Source: an uncultured Thermoleophilia bacterium
GTDB taxonomy: Bacteria; Actinomycetota; Thermoleophilia; UBA2241
NCBI GenBank assembly: GCA_963699725.1
Contig: CAVOVA010000001.1
Location: forward strand, 75,937-139,936
Direction: 5' to 3'
DNA length: 64,000 nt
The notes beneath the pieces are model-generated. The model had not been told where the DNA came from. It saw only the letters and a program-made list of their open reading frames with translations, and did no database searches. Shown in pieces: positions 7,801-17,241 of the stretch. Made by a program: the position numbers and the translations under genes. Each line of letters opens with the position of its first letter. The stretch's first letter is position 1.

Positions 7801-10329
7801 ATGACTGAAGAGGTCTACACGAACTGCACGAACTGCGGCCCCGTGTCCGTGTACGTGAAGGACGGTGCGGTCGTACGCATTCGGCCTCTCGTCGCCGACG
7901 AGACCGACTTCCGGCCCTGGGTGATCGAGGCGGACGGCGAGCAGTACTCCCCGCCGAAGAAGTTCAATCTTGCGCCGATGGTGCACGCCGAGCGCCGCCG
8001 CCTCTACTCGCCGGAGCGCATCAAGTATCCGATGAAGCGCGTCGACTTCGACCCGAATGGCGAGCGCAATCCGCAGAACCGCGGCAAATCGGCCTACGAG
8101 CGCATCTCCTGGGACGAGGCGCTCGACATCGTGTCGGGCGAGATCAAGCGCGTCAAGGACACCTACGGCGGTTCGGCGATCAGCGGGCTGACCTCCTCGC
8201 ACCACAACTGGGGCATCGTCGGCTACAAGATGGGCCCGTTCCCGCGCTTCATGAACCTCCTCGAGTTCACTCCCGTCCTGGACAACCCGGACAGTTGGGA
8301 AGGCTGGCACTGGGGCGCGACGCACTCGTACGGCTTCTACTGGCGCCTCGGCATGCCTGAGCCCTTCGATCAACTGGCGGACGCGCTCCAGAACGCCGAG
8401 ATGATCGTCCTCTGGTCCAACGACCCCGACTCCACCCGAGGCACCTACGCGGGCCAGGAGTCGGCGCTGTGGCGTACGTGGCTCAAGGAGAAGGGCGTCC
8501 AGACGGTCTTCATCGATCCTTTCCACAACTACACGAACGCGTTGTTCGACAAGGCCAAGTGGATCGCCCCGCGGATGGGGACGGACACGGCGATGGCGAT
8601 GGCGATCGCCTACGTGTGGATCACCGAGGACACGTACGACAAGGAGTACGTCGCCGACCGGACCATCGGCTTCGAGGAGTTCAAGCCCTACGTGCTCGGC
8701 GAGACAGACGGCGTGCCCAAGACGCCGGAGTGGGCGGCCGTGGAGTGCGATGTGGACGCGCGCGTCATCCGCACCCTCGCGCGCGAGTGGGCGAGCAAGC
8801 GCACCATCCTCTCGGGCGGCGCGCGCGGCGGCGAAGGCGGCGCCTGCCGTACGGCTTACGGCACCGAGTGGGCGCGCATGATGGTCCTGCTGCAGGCCAT
8901 GCAGGGGCTGGGCAAGCCCGGCCGCAGCATCTGGGGCGTCGCCATGGGTGCGCCGGCCGACTTCGAGACCTGGTTCCCGGCCTACGCCGACCCCACCGGC
9001 CGTATCTCGCTCTCCAAGCTGGTCGCCGACTTCATTCCGGCCAATCCGACCAAGCAGCGCCTCTGGCGGCTCACGGTGCCGGACGCCATCCTCGACCCGC
9101 CGGTGGACTGGTACGGCGCCGGCTTCTGCGGCCAGTCGCTCGAGCAGCAGTTCGAGCACTTCGAGTACCCCGCCGAGGGCTGCTCGGAGATCAAGCTCTT
9201 CTACCGCTACGGCGGGTCCTTCATGGGCACCATGTCGGACACCACGAAGTGGGTGCGCATGTACCAGAGCCCCAAGCTCGAGTTCGTCGTCAACCAGGAC
9301 ATCTGGTACAACGGCGAGACCCGGATGGCCGATGTGATCCTCCCGGCCTGCACCAACTTCGAGCGCGACGACATCGGCGAGTTCGCCGCCTGCGGCGGGT
9401 ACACGACGAACTCGCACACGGGCAACAACTACCGCGTCATCGTGCGCGAGAAGAAGTGCATCGAGCCGCTCTGGGAGTCCAAGTCGGACTACCAGATCTT
9501 CGCCGACCTCTCCGAACGTTTGGGCATGTACGACGAGTTCACCGACGGCGGCAAGACCGAGCTCGACTGGGTCAGACTCTTTTTCGATGCCTCCGACCTG
9601 CCCAAGCTCGTCGACTGGGAGACCTTCGACCGGAAGGGCTACCACATCATCAACGCGCCCGAGGACTACAAGCCGACGCCGATGATGCGCTGGTTCGCCG
9701 AAGGCCGCGCCTGCGACACGCCCGACCTCATGAACCCCAAGCGCGGCACCGACAAGGCGCACGAGCTCGGCACCTACAGCGGCAAGATCGAGTTCTCTTC
9801 CGAGAGCCTCAAGGCGCACTTCCCCGACGACCCCGAGCGGCCGGTATACCCGCAGTACCTCGAGAGCTGGGAGGGTCACCACACCACCGAGCTCTTCGAG
9901 AAGTACCCGCTCCAGCTGCTCTCGCCCCACCCGCGCTTCTCGTTCCACTGCCACTACGACAAGCACACCGACTGGCTGGACGACATCCCCGTCCATCGCA
10001 TCAAGAAGGACGGCTACGCCTGGTGGCCGGCCAGGCTCAACCCCGGGGACGCGGAGGCGCGCGGCGTGCGCAACGGCGACATCGTCCGGCTCTACAACGA
10101 CCGCGGATCGGTGCTCTGCTGCGCCGTGGTGACCGGGCGCGTGCGGCCCGGCGTCGTGCACAGCTACGCCTCCTCGGCGAAGTACGATCCGCTGAGCCCA
10201 GGCAAGGCCGACGCGATCGACAAGGGCGGGTGCGTGAACATGCTCACGCCCTCACGCATGCTCAGCAGGAACGTCCCCGGCATGACGCCCAACTCGTGCC
10301 TCATCGACGTCGAGAAGTGGGAGGGCTGA
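7801..10329 (+). CDS. Pyrogallol-phloroglucinol transhydroxylase large-subunit-like molybdoenzyme (AthL family), paralog 2.
   Basis: MTEEVYTNCTNCGPVSVYVKDGAVVRIRPL...RIKYPMKRVDFDPNGERNPQNRGKSAYERISWDEALDIV...NPDSWEGWHWGATHSYGFYWRLGMPEPFDQLADALQNAEMIV...ILPACTNFERDDIGEFA... Block-by-block similarity to P. acidigallici AthL recalled from memory. Shine-Dalgarno GGAGGTAGAGG. Confidence 0.9.
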   Translation: MTEEVYTNCTNCGPVSVYVKDGAVVRIRPLVADETDFRPWVIEADGEQYSPPKKFNLAPMVHAERRRLYSPERIKYPMKRVDFDPNGERNPQNRGKSAYERISWDEALDIVSGEIKRVKDTYGGSAISGLTSSHHNWGIVGYKMGPFPRFMNLLEFTPVLDNPDSWEGWHWGATHSYGFYWRLGMPEPFDQLADALQNAEMIVLWSNDPDSTRGTYAGQESALWRTWLKEKGVQTVFIDPFHNYTNALFDKAKWIAPRMGTDTAMAMAIAYVWITEDTYDKEYVADRTIGFEEFKPYVLGETDGVPKTPEWAAVECDVDARVIRTLAREWASKRTILSGGARGGEGGACRTAYGTEWARMMVLLQAMQGLGKPGRSIWGVAMGAPADFETWFPAYADPTGRISLSKLVADFIPANPTKQRLWRLTVPDAILDPPVDWYGAGFCGQSLEQQFEHFEYPAEGCSEIKLFYRYGGSFMGTMSDTTKWVRMYQSPKLEFVVNQDIWYNGETRMADVILPACTNFERDDIGEFAACGGYTTNSHTGNNYRVIVREKKCIEPLWESKSDYQIFADLSERLGMYDEFTDGGKTELDWVRLFFDASDLPKLVDWETFDRKGYHIINAPEDYKPTPMMRWFAEGRACDTPDLMNPKRGTDKAHELGTYSGKIEFSSESLKAHFPDDPERPVYPQYLESWEGHHTTELFEKYPLQLLSPHPRFSFHCHYDKHTDWLDDIPVHRIKKDGYAWWPARLNPGDAEARGVRNGDIVRLYNDRGSVLCCAVVTGRVRPGVVHSYASSAKYDPLSPGKADAIDKGGCVNMLTPSRMLSRNVPGMTPNSCLIDVEKWEG

Positions 10330-10333
10330 TCAA

Positions 10334-11167
10334 ATGGCGCGACTGAGCCTTCTGATCGATGTGACCAGGTGCACCGGCTGCTACAACTGCTTGCTGGCGT
10401 GCCGTGACGAGCACTACGGCAACGACTACCCGGGCTACTCGGCCGCACAACCCCTGAACGACCAGTTCTGGATGCAGGTCAAGGAGATCGAGCGCGGCTC
10501 CTACCCGCGTCCCAAGCTCGACTACGTCGCCGTCCCGTGCCAGCACTGCGCGGACGCGCCGTGCATCGACGCCGCCACAGGCGAAGCCGTCTACCGGCGC
10601 GACGACGGCGTCGTGATCATCGACCCGGTGAAGGCCAAGGGCCAGCCGCAGATCGCGCAGGCCTGCCCGTACCGGGTCGTCTTCTGGAACGCGGACCTCG
10701 AGATCCCGCAGAAGTGCGGTATGTGCGCCCACCGGCTCGACGCCGGCGAGAAGCAGCCGCGCTGCTCCGAGTCGTGTCCCACCGGCGCCATGGTGTTCGG
10801 CGACCTCGACGACCCGCAGTCGGAGATCGCGCAGCGTGTCGCGGCCCTCGAGACCGAGGTGCTGCATCCCGAGTACGGTTGCTCGCCGCTGGTGCGCTAC
10901 CACGGTATCCCCAGGCGCTTCGTTGCCGGCGAGGTCGTCCTCGACGACGTCGCCGATGTCTGCGCCCGGGGGGTCAAGGTCGTGCTCGAGGGCGAGGGCG
11001 TGCGCGACGAGACCACCTCGGACGTCTTCGGCCAGTTCGAGTTCGAGGGCCTCGTCCATCGCGGCTCCTACACGATCTCGGTCGAGCACCCGGGCTACGT
11101 GGCGCGGCAGCTGGACGTGCGCACCGACACCGACGTGTACGTGGGCGAGGTGCGCCTCACGCGCTGA
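10334..11167 (+). CDS. Transhydroxylase small-subunit-like FeS protein (BthL-like) with C-terminal CarbopepD-regulatory-like domain, paralog 2.
   Basis: MARLSLLIDVTRCTGCYNCLLACRDEHYGNDYPGY...CQHCADAPC...CPYRVVFWN...CGMCAHRLD...VFGQFEFEGLVHRGSYTISVEHPGY. Starts 5 bp after the alpha2 stop. Confidence 0.9.
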   Translation: MARLSLLIDVTRCTGCYNCLLACRDEHYGNDYPGYSAAQPLNDQFWMQVKEIERGSYPRPKLDYVAVPCQHCADAPCIDAATGEAVYRRDDGVVIIDPVKAKGQPQIAQACPYRVVFWNADLEIPQKCGMCAHRLDAGEKQPRCSESCPTGAMVFGDLDDPQSEIAQRVAALETEVLHPEYGCSPLVRYHGIPRRFVAGEVVLDDVADVCARGVKVVLEGEGVRDETTSDVFGQFEFEGLVHRGSYTISVEHPGYVARQLDVRTDTDVYVGEVRLTR

Positions 11168-11457
11168 AGCAGCGTCGAAGGAGCCGGGCCCCGGCACCCT
11201 CCGCAGCGTGTGGGGCCGAGGGCGACGTGCCGGACTCGCGGAGCGTTCATCTGGACAAGAGCACGAACCTCGGCCAGGTCCTGCAGCCCGCGCCTGACGC
11301 AGCCGCGTCGAGAAGGCTCCTCGCAAGCGCTTCCCTCGCGAGCCGTTCGGGCGCCCGCCTTCTCCCGAGGGCGGGCGCCCATTCCCGCTTGCGCGTCCCG
11401 ATGGCCCGGCGCTTCCGCCGGCTCCCGCCGGGCCGATTGACCTGCCGCCGCACCCGA

Positions 11458-11498
11458 GATACGGTACCATTGTACGGATACAGCATGCCGTATGATGG
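11458..11498. promoter_or_regulatory. Candidate operator: GATACGG, TACGGATAC and CCGTATGATGG elements (11-mer at 11488-11498) upstream of IclR-2.
   Basis: Sequence motif shared with sites at 13396, 16138-16155 and 18805-18836. Confidence 0.4.
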
Positions 11499-11670
11499 AA
11501 CGCCAGCGAGTGATGGTGCAGCGTCCCGCGTGGTCGCCGAAGGTCACGGGGAAGCAGGAGACAGGCGCGCTACGGCGGCGCGCGATGGAGCGCACCAAGA
11601 CCACCCCGGCGGCTGGCTACCGTCTCGTGCAGGCGAAGCCCGCGCGGAGGGCGACGCACACCGAACGGCC

Positions 11671-12471
11671 ATGGCCGAGAAGGACCCGGAGATGCCACAA
11701 CGCCCTGACGACAACACTGATGCGCAGAAGGGCGGCATGCAGGTCATCACGAGGGCCGCGGCCATCCTCGAAGGGCTCGCGGAGTCACGCGGCGGCCAGA
11801 CGTTGGCGCAGCTCGCGTCCCGGACGGGTCTGCCCAAGACGACCGTGCACCGCATCTGCACCGCCCTGGAACAGGTCGGCTACGTGCGCGTCGACGAAGC
11901 GACCGGCCTGCGCGAGCTCGGCCGCGGGCTCCAGCGCCTGGCCGTCCTCGGCCGCCGCGATCTGCTCACCGTGCTGGAGCCGTATCTCGAGCGCCTGTCC
12001 CGGGACCTCAACGAGACGGTGGACCTGGCCGTGCTGGATGGCTCGCGCGTGCTGTTCCTGGCACAGCATCCGGCGCCGCACCGCGAGCTCATGGCGATCG
12101 CCAGGGTGGGTGCTCACTTTCCGGCCTACAGGCTGGCCAGTGGCAAAGTCCTCCTTGCCCAACTCTCGCCGGACGAGCTCCGCCGCCGTCTGCCGCGGAC
12201 GCTGGAGCCGACGGCCGAAGGCTCGCCCAGGAGTCGCGAGGAGCTGCTGCGCGAGCTCGAGGAGGTGCGCTTCACCGGCCTCGGCTACGAGCGTGAGGAG
12301 CTCCGGCACGGTATCTGCGCCATCGCCGTGGTTGTGACCGACGTCGACGGGCGCAGCGCGTCGATCGCGACGCCAATGCCGGCATCGCGCTTCTATCAGG
12401 ATCAGGATTCGGTGACGGCGAAGCTGCTGTCCCTGCGCGATGCGATCCAGCGGGATCTGGACGGCGTCTGA
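11671..12471 (+). CDS. IclR-family transcriptional regulator (IclR-2).
   Basis: MAEKDPEMPQ...MQVITRAAAILEGL...LASRTGLPKTTVHRICTALEQVGYV...NETVDLAVLDG...ARVGAHFPAY... ATG at 11671. An alternative ATG lies at 11737. Confidence 0.8.
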   Translation: MAEKDPEMPQRPDDNTDAQKGGMQVITRAAAILEGLAESRGGQTLAQLASRTGLPKTTVHRICTALEQVGYVRVDEATGLRELGRGLQRLAVLGRRDLLTVLEPYLERLSRDLNETVDLAVLDGSRVLFLAQHPAPHRELMAIARVGAHFPAYRLASGKVLLAQLSPDELRRRLPRTLEPTAEGSPRSREELLRELEEVRFTGLGYEREELRHGICAIAVVVTDVDGRSASIATPMPASRFYQDQDSVTAKLLSLRDAIQRDLDGV

Positions 12472-12543
12472 GCCGCCTTGCCTCGGACCCGGTCCGGCGC
12501 ATCTGATGCCGTGCGGGAGCGGGGCCAGAGACGAGGAGGGCAC

Positions 12544-13305
12544 ATGAACGTGTTCGACATCGCCGGACGGTGCGCCGTGGTCGTCGGCGGCGGCGGGCTC
12601 GGCGGGGAGATCGCCCGGGGGCTGGCCGACCACGGCGCTCACGTCGCCGTCGCCGACGTCGATGAGGAGCGTGCCGCCGCATCCGTCGCCGCTATCGCAG
12701 GTCAAGGGGTCGACACGCTCGGCCTCGCCATCGACGTGACCGACGAGCGTTCGGTGCGCCGCGCCGTCACCGACGTGCTCGCGACCTTCCCCAGGATCGA
12801 CATCCTGGTCAACGCTGCCGGGGTGACTGTGCGCAAGCGGGCGGAGGATCTCCCGGTGGACGACTGGCGGCGCGTCCTGGAGATCAACGCCACCGGCACC
12901 TTCGTCTGCTGCCAGGCCTTCGGCGCGGAGATGGCGCGTGGCGGTGGGGGCGCGATCGTCAATCTGTCCTCCGTGCGAGGGCGGTTCGGTGCGACCTTCG
13001 GGCAAGCGGAGTACTCGGCGAGCAAGGGCGCGGTCGACTCCCTGACACGCTCGCTCGCCGTGCAGTGGGCCGAGTTCGGTATCCGTGTGAACGCGGTCGC
13101 GCCGACCTTCGTCGAGACCGACCTCACGCGGGCCGTGCTCGCCGACGACGCCTTCGCCGCCGGCCTGCGCGCAAGCATTCCCATGGGGCGCTGGGCCGAG
13201 GCTGCCGACGTGGTCGGTCCCGTGCTCTTCCTCGTCTCGCCGGCGGCGGCGTTCGTCACCGGCCAGATCCTCTACGTGGACGGCGGTCTCACGGCGCGCG
13301 TCTGA
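12544..13305 (+). CDS. Short-chain dehydrogenase/reductase (SDR). Candidate phloroglucinol reductase or 3-hydroxy-5-oxohexanoate dehydrogenase.
   Basis: MNVFDIAGRCAVVVGGGGLGGEIARGLA... (TGxxxGxG Rossmann motif) ...NAAG...SSVRG...YSASKGAV (YxxxK)...VNAVAPTFVET. Pathway role is inferred from context only. Confidence 0.85.
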   Translation: MNVFDIAGRCAVVVGGGGLGGEIARGLADHGAHVAVADVDEERAAASVAAIAGQGVDTLGLAIDVTDERSVRRAVTDVLATFPRIDILVNAAGVTVRKRAEDLPVDDWRRVLEINATGTFVCCQAFGAEMARGGGGAIVNLSSVRGRFGATFGQAEYSASKGAVDSLTRSLAVQWAEFGIRVNAVAPTFVETDLTRAVLADDAFAAGLRASIPMGRWAEAADVVGPVLFLVSPAAAFVTGQILYVDGGLTARV

Positions 13306-13395
13306 GCGTTCGCGGACCTGGCGGCAGGGCGCTCGGGGGATGCTTGACCTGCTCCCGGCCATCTGCAAGAGTGTTCGCATCATGGACTAGCAGTT

Positions 13396-13406
13396 CCGTA
13401 TCGTGG
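13396..13406 (+). promoter_or_regulatory. CCGTATCGTGG motif upstream of SDR-2.
   Basis: Exact 11-mer. Also present at 18805 (+) and 16145-16155 (-). Confidence 0.4.
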
Positions 13407-13556
13407 GCATTCCGCCCTTGAGCGGACGGCCGGATGGGACCCTGGTGACCGGGTCGCCGGGCTGTGGGTGAGCACGCTCGTCACAGCCGCATCGCGCGAA
13501 AGCCGCTCCCCGGTCCGTCGCCCGTGAACCGGACACGACGCGAGAGGAGACGTGCG

Positions 13557-14357
13557 ATGGCTGAGCGTGAGATCTGGAGCGTCGACAAGATCCGCGGCCT
13601 GTTCGATCTGACCGGCAAGGTCGCGATCGTGACCGGCGGGTCAGGGGCCTTCGGCCACGATGCCGCCAAGGCGATGGCCGCCTTCGGCGCGAGTGTGGTC
13701 GTCACGAGCCGGCGCGTCGAGAACGTCGAGTCGGCCGCGGCCGACATCGCCGGGGCGACCGGCGCGCGGGTGCTGCCCGTCCCGTGCGATGCGGTCGACC
13801 CGGAGAGCGTCGAGGCCATGGTGCAGAAGACCGTCGACGAGTTCGGCAAGGTCGACATCCTCGTCACTGCCGCCGGCCAGGCCAACCGCTTCGCCGCCGA
13901 GGAGTTTCCGCTCGACGAGTGGCAGAAGGTCATGGACTCGCTCGTCAAGGGTACCTATGTCGTCTGCCAGGCTGCCGGCAAACGCATGATCGCCCAGGGC
14001 GGCGGCAAGATCATCACCGTCGGGTCCGTGCGCGGCGAGCTCGGGCATCCCGGAGGGTATTCCGCGTACGGCACCGCCAAGGGCGCGGTACACCTGCTCA
14101 CCAAGCAGCTCGCCGCTGAGTGGGCCAAGTACCATATCAACGTGAACTCCATCGCCCCCTGCATCTTCTGGACCCCGCTCACACAGCAGGTCCTCGACGA
14201 CCCCGAGCTCTACAAGATCTTCATGCAGCGCATCCCGTGGGGCCGCGCCGCGGATCCTCAGGACTTCATGGGCGCGACGGTGTACCTCGCCTCGGCGGCG
14301 TCCGACTTCGTCACCGGGGACATCCTGATGGTCGACGGCGGCAGCACCGCCGCCTGA
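13557..14357 (+). CDS. Short-chain dehydrogenase/reductase (SDR) no. 2. Candidate for the second reductive/oxidative step of the phloroglucinol pathway.
   Basis: MAEREIWSVDKIRGLFDLTGKVAIVTGGSGAFGHDAAKA...YSAYGTAKGAV...VNSIAPCIFWTP. Shine-Dalgarno GAGAGGAGA. Confidence 0.85.
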   Translation: MAEREIWSVDKIRGLFDLTGKVAIVTGGSGAFGHDAAKAMAAFGASVVVTSRRVENVESAAADIAGATGARVLPVPCDAVDPESVEAMVQKTVDEFGKVDILVTAAGQANRFAAEEFPLDEWQKVMDSLVKGTYVVCQAAGKRMIAQGGGKIITVGSVRGELGHPGGYSAYGTAKGAVHLLTKQLAAEWAKYHINVNSIAPCIFWTPLTQQVLDDPELYKIFMQRIPWGRAADPQDFMGATVYLASAASDFVTGDILMVDGGSTAA

Positions 14358-14380
14358 CTCTCCGGCTGAAGGGGGCCGCA

Positions 14381-15331
14381 GTGAGCACCACGGGCGCTGA
14401 GTGCGTCGCCGTCGTCGGGGGCGGCATGATGGGCGTCGGCGTGGCCCAGGTCTTCGCCGCCGCCGGACATGAGGTCGCGCTCCAGGATGTGTCTCAGGAG
14501 GCCCTCGAGCGCGCCCCGGGCACCATCTCGGCGAACCTGGCCTTCCTCGCAGAGCACGGTCTCTTCGCGGCCGACGGCGTCGACGACGCCGTCGGCCGCG
14601 TGCGCACCACCGCGGAACTCACGGAGGCGGCCGCCGGCGCCGACGTCGTCGTCGAGTGCGTGTTCGAGGATCTCGCCCTCAAGCAGGAGGTCTTCGAGCG
14701 TCTCGACGCCGTGTGCCCGGTCGAGACGATCCTGTGCACCAATACATCGGTGATGAGCATCACCGAGATCGGCGCCCGCGCCGTGAACAGGCAGCGGGTC
14801 GTCGGCACGCACTTCTGGAACCCGCCGTACCTGATCCCGCTGGTCGAAGTCGTGCGCACCGAGCACGTCGATCCAGCGGTGGTCGAACGCACCATGGACC
14901 TCCTGCGACGCGTGGGCAAACACCCGATCGACTGCAAGAAGGACGTTCCCGGCTTCGTCGCCAATCGCCTGCAGCATGCCCTCTGGCGGGAGGCCATCTC
15001 GATCGTCGAGCGAGGCATCGCCGACGCCGAGACGGTGGACGAGAGCATTCGCTACGGTCCCGGTCTGCGCCTGCCGATCCTGGCGCCGATGGAGAACGCG
15101 GACATGGTGGGTCTCGACCTCACGCTGGCGATCCACGACTACATCCTGCCCCACCTCGAGGCTTCGGGCGAGCCGTCGCCGCTCTTGCGCGCGAAGGTCG
15201 AGGCCGGGGATCTCGGATTCAAGAGCGGCAAGGGGTTCGCCGAGTGGACGCCCGAGTCGGCTGAGGCGTCGCGGAGGCGTTTGGCGGCCTACCTGGTGCA
15301 CGTGCTGGGCGATCCCGAGCGGGGGTTCTGA
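14381..15331 (+). CDS. 3-hydroxyacyl-CoA (3-hydroxybutyryl-CoA) dehydrogenase, NAD-binding.
   Basis: VSTTGAECVAVVGGGMMGVGVAQVFAAAGHEVALQD...NTSVMSITEI...GTHFWNPPYLIPLVEVV...GFVANRL. GTG start with Shine-Dalgarno GAAGGGGG. Confidence 0.8.
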   Translation: MSTTGAECVAVVGGGMMGVGVAQVFAAAGHEVALQDVSQEALERAPGTISANLAFLAEHGLFAADGVDDAVGRVRTTAELTEAAAGADVVVECVFEDLALKQEVFERLDAVCPVETILCTNTSVMSITEIGARAVNRQRVVGTHFWNPPYLIPLVEVVRTEHVDPAVVERTMDLLRRVGKHPIDCKKDVPGFVANRLQHALWREAISIVERGIADAETVDESIRYGPGLRLPILAPMENADMVGLDLTLAIHDYILPHLEASGEPSPLLRAKVEAGDLGFKSGKGFAEWTPESAEASRRRLAAYLVHVLGDPERGF

Positions 15332-15353
15332 GACGGCCGAGCGGCGCGACGGA

Positions 15354-16082
15354 GTGCAGGTCCTCTCGCGCGCGGCGCTGCTGCTGCGGGCGCTCTCCGT
15401 CACGCCTGAGGGCCTGACTCCAATCGCGCTCGCCGACCAGGTCGGCCTGCCGCGCTCCACCTGCTACCGCATCGTCGGCGCGCTCTGCCAGGAGGGGCTC
15501 ATGCGCCTCTCGCCCTCGGGCAAGCTGCACATCGGCGCCGGTCTCATCAGCCTCGCCGCCGCCGGCCGGCGCGATCTGCGGCACGAGTCGGCTCCGCTCC
15601 TCGAGCGCCTTTCACTCGAGTTGCACGAGACCGTGGAGCTCGTCGTGCTCGACGGCGACGAGGCGCTGTTCACCGACCAGTACGTCCCGCAACGCTCGCT
15701 GCGCGTGGTGGCGGAGGTGGGCGACCGCTTTCCGCTCTACTGCACCGCGTGCGGCAAAGCGCTGCTGGCCGAGCTGCCGGCCCCGGAGGCGGCGCGTCTG
15801 GTACCGCCGCGTCTCGAGCCGCTCACCCGCCACACCATCGTCGACCGGGACGCGCTCTTCCGGGAGGTCGAGGAGGCGCGGACCACCGGCGTGGCCTACG
15901 ACCACCAGGAACACACGCTCGGCGTGTCCGCGGTGGGCGCCGCCCTCAAGGATGCCGGCGGCGCCATGGCCGCCATCACCGTGGCCATGCCGGCCGCTCG
16001 CCTCGACGGCCACGAGGAGCGCATCTCCGCCGCGCTCCTCCGTACTCGCGACGACATCCAGCAGGCCATCAACGCGAGCTGA
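15354..16082 (+). CDS. IclR-family transcriptional regulator (IclR-3).
   Basis: VQVLSRAALLLRALSVTPEGLTPIALADQVGLPRSTCYRIVGALCQEGLM...HETVELVVLDG...VGDRFPLY... Paralog of IclR-2 and IclR-4. The start codon (GTG at 15354) is uncertain. Confidence 0.7.
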   Translation: MQVLSRAALLLRALSVTPEGLTPIALADQVGLPRSTCYRIVGALCQEGLMRLSPSGKLHIGAGLISLAAAGRRDLRHESAPLLERLSLELHETVELVVLDGDEALFTDQYVPQRSLRVVAEVGDRFPLYCTACGKALLAELPAPEAARLVPPRLEPLTRHTIVDRDALFREVEEARTTGVAYDHQEHTLGVSAVGAALKDAGGAMAAITVAMPAARLDGHEERISAALLRTRDDIQQAINAS

Positions 16083-16137
16083 CCGGCGGCCGCCTCCAAC
16101 GCCGCATCCGTATTGACAGCGGATTCGGGACGTCTTA

Positions 16138-16155
16138 GCGTATCCACGATACGGC
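16138..16155. promoter_or_regulatory. Palindromic operator candidate CGTATC-CAC-GATACG; its minus strand reads CCGTATCGTGGATACG. Upstream of the cyclase gene.
   Basis: Perfect inverted repeat that contains the shared 11-mer. Flanking CCGTAT (16108) and ATGCGGATAG (16170) half-sites. Confidence 0.45.
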
Positions 16156-16281
16156 ACTTTGTGTCCGAGATGCGGATAGTCGAGCATCGGGAGCACGGCC
16201 GCCACATCATCGTCGGCGGGCAGTCCGGGTGCGCGAGAGCCCGTCTGCCGTGACTGTAACGAGACCGAGGAGAGTAGGCCC

Positions 16282-17241
16282 ATGGGCAAGAAGGTATTCG
16301 TTGACCTCACACACCCGTTCAGCGCGGAGATCCCCCGGTGGCCGTACTTCGTGAAGCCGGTCATCGACTCCATGCACACCCTGGCGAAGGGCGGTGTCCT
16401 CACGCAACGCATCGACTGCGTGCAGCACACCGGCACCCACGCCGACGCTCCTCGTCACGTCATGGAGCGCGAGTTCAACGGCAAACGTGCCCGCTACACG
16501 CACGAGATGCCGGTGGACGCCTACACCGGCGACGCCGTCTGCCTCGACATCCAGATCGAGAAGTGGGGCCTCATCCTGCCCGCGCATATCGAGGACGCCT
16601 GCGCGCGCGCCGGCATCAAGCCTGAGGAGCTCAAGGGCATGGTCGTGTGCCTCAACACCGGCATGCACCGCAAGTTCGACGACTCCATGGACTACTACCA
16701 GTACTCGTGCGGCACCGGCGTCGAGGCCGGCAGGTGGTTCGTCGAAAAGCAGGTCAAGGTCGTGGCCATGGACATGCAGGCCCTCGACCATCCGCTCCAC
16801 ACCGCGATGGGCAAGAACGGCCCGCCGCAGATGAACCTCCCGGGCGCCTCCGGCCGTCCGATCACCGAGGAGTACATCGAGAAGTACGGCATCGAGGCCT
16901 ACGCCGAGTTCGAGAAGGCCGTCTACATCGAGGTGCACGGCCAGGACGCCTACGACGCCAAGTTCGGCGACCTCGAGGCGATCGGCTGCGAGGGGACCTG
17001 GGAGCCCTGCCACAAGCAGATGCTCGGCCACGGCATCGTCGGCGTCGAGAACCTCGGCGGCGACCTGGACAAGGTCAGGGGCAAGCGGTTCCGCTTCTTC
17101 TGCTTCCCGATCCGCTGGTACATGGGCGACGGCTCCATGGTGCGCTGCGCCGCCGAGATCGACGAGGACGACCTGAACGACGTGCCGGATCGCACGTACA
17201 CTTACGCCGGTACCGGCTACGGTCCCGGAGCCGGCTACTGA
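16282..17241 (+). CDS. Cyclase-family (kynurenine-formamidase-like, PF04199) metal-dependent hydrolase. Candidate dihydrophloroglucinol cyclohydrolase.
   Basis: MGKKVFVDLTHPFSAEIPRWPY...IDCVQHTGTHADAPRH (HxGTHxDxPxH metal motif)... The function is assigned by family plus context. Confidence 0.75.
   Translation: MGKKVFVDLTHPFSAEIPRWPYFVKPVIDSMHTLAKGGVLTQRIDCVQHTGTHADAPRHVMEREFNGKRARYTHEMPVDAYTGDAVCLDIQIEKWGLILPAHIEDACARAGIKPEELKGMVVCLNTGMHRKFDDSMDYYQYSCGTGVEAGRWFVEKQVKVVAMDMQALDHPLHTAMGKNGPPQMNLPGASGRPITEEYIEKYGIEAYAEFEKAVYIEVHGQDAYDAKFGDLEAIGCEGTWEPCHKQMLGHGIVGVENLGGDLDKVRGKRFRFFCFPIRWYMGDGSMVRCAAEIDEDDLNDVPDRTYTYAGTGYGPGAGY

Noticed and set aside
3220-10346. Very long ORFs from the track running antisense or out of frame to the Mo-enzyme genes (for example 3220-5673 minus 817 aa, 4281-6734 plus 817 aa, 6739-10161 minus 1140 aa, 8469-10346 plus 625 aa).
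   Set aside because: Their translations are low-complexity Arg/Ala/Gly/Pro-rich. This is what is expected when 70%-GC coding DNA is read in the wrong frame or strand. In each case another frame gives a recognisable domain protein with plausible ribosome-binding sites. Only the C-terminal parts of 3220-5673 and 6739-10161 are real; they correspond to beta1 and IclR-1.
11168-11670. Possible unannotated gene in the 500-bp gap between beta2 and IclR-2 (track ORFs 11210-11440 plus, 11247-11486 minus, 11095-11604 minus).
   Set aside because: All candidate translations are Arg/Ala/Pro-rich with no recognisable motif. The gap more likely holds the IclR-2 promoter/operator, including the GATACGG/CCGTATGATGG elements, and a terminator for the alpha2-beta2 operon.
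10537-16082. Long plus-strand ORFs (10537-12471, 14120-15331, 14976-16082) extending far upstream of recognisable domains.
   Set aside because: Only the 3-prime portions encode IclR-2, the 3-hydroxyacyl-CoA dehydrogenase and IclR-3. The upstream extensions are biased-composition read-through of intergenic or neighbouring-gene sequence. Internal ATG/GTG starts with Shine-Dalgarno sequences fit the family lengths.
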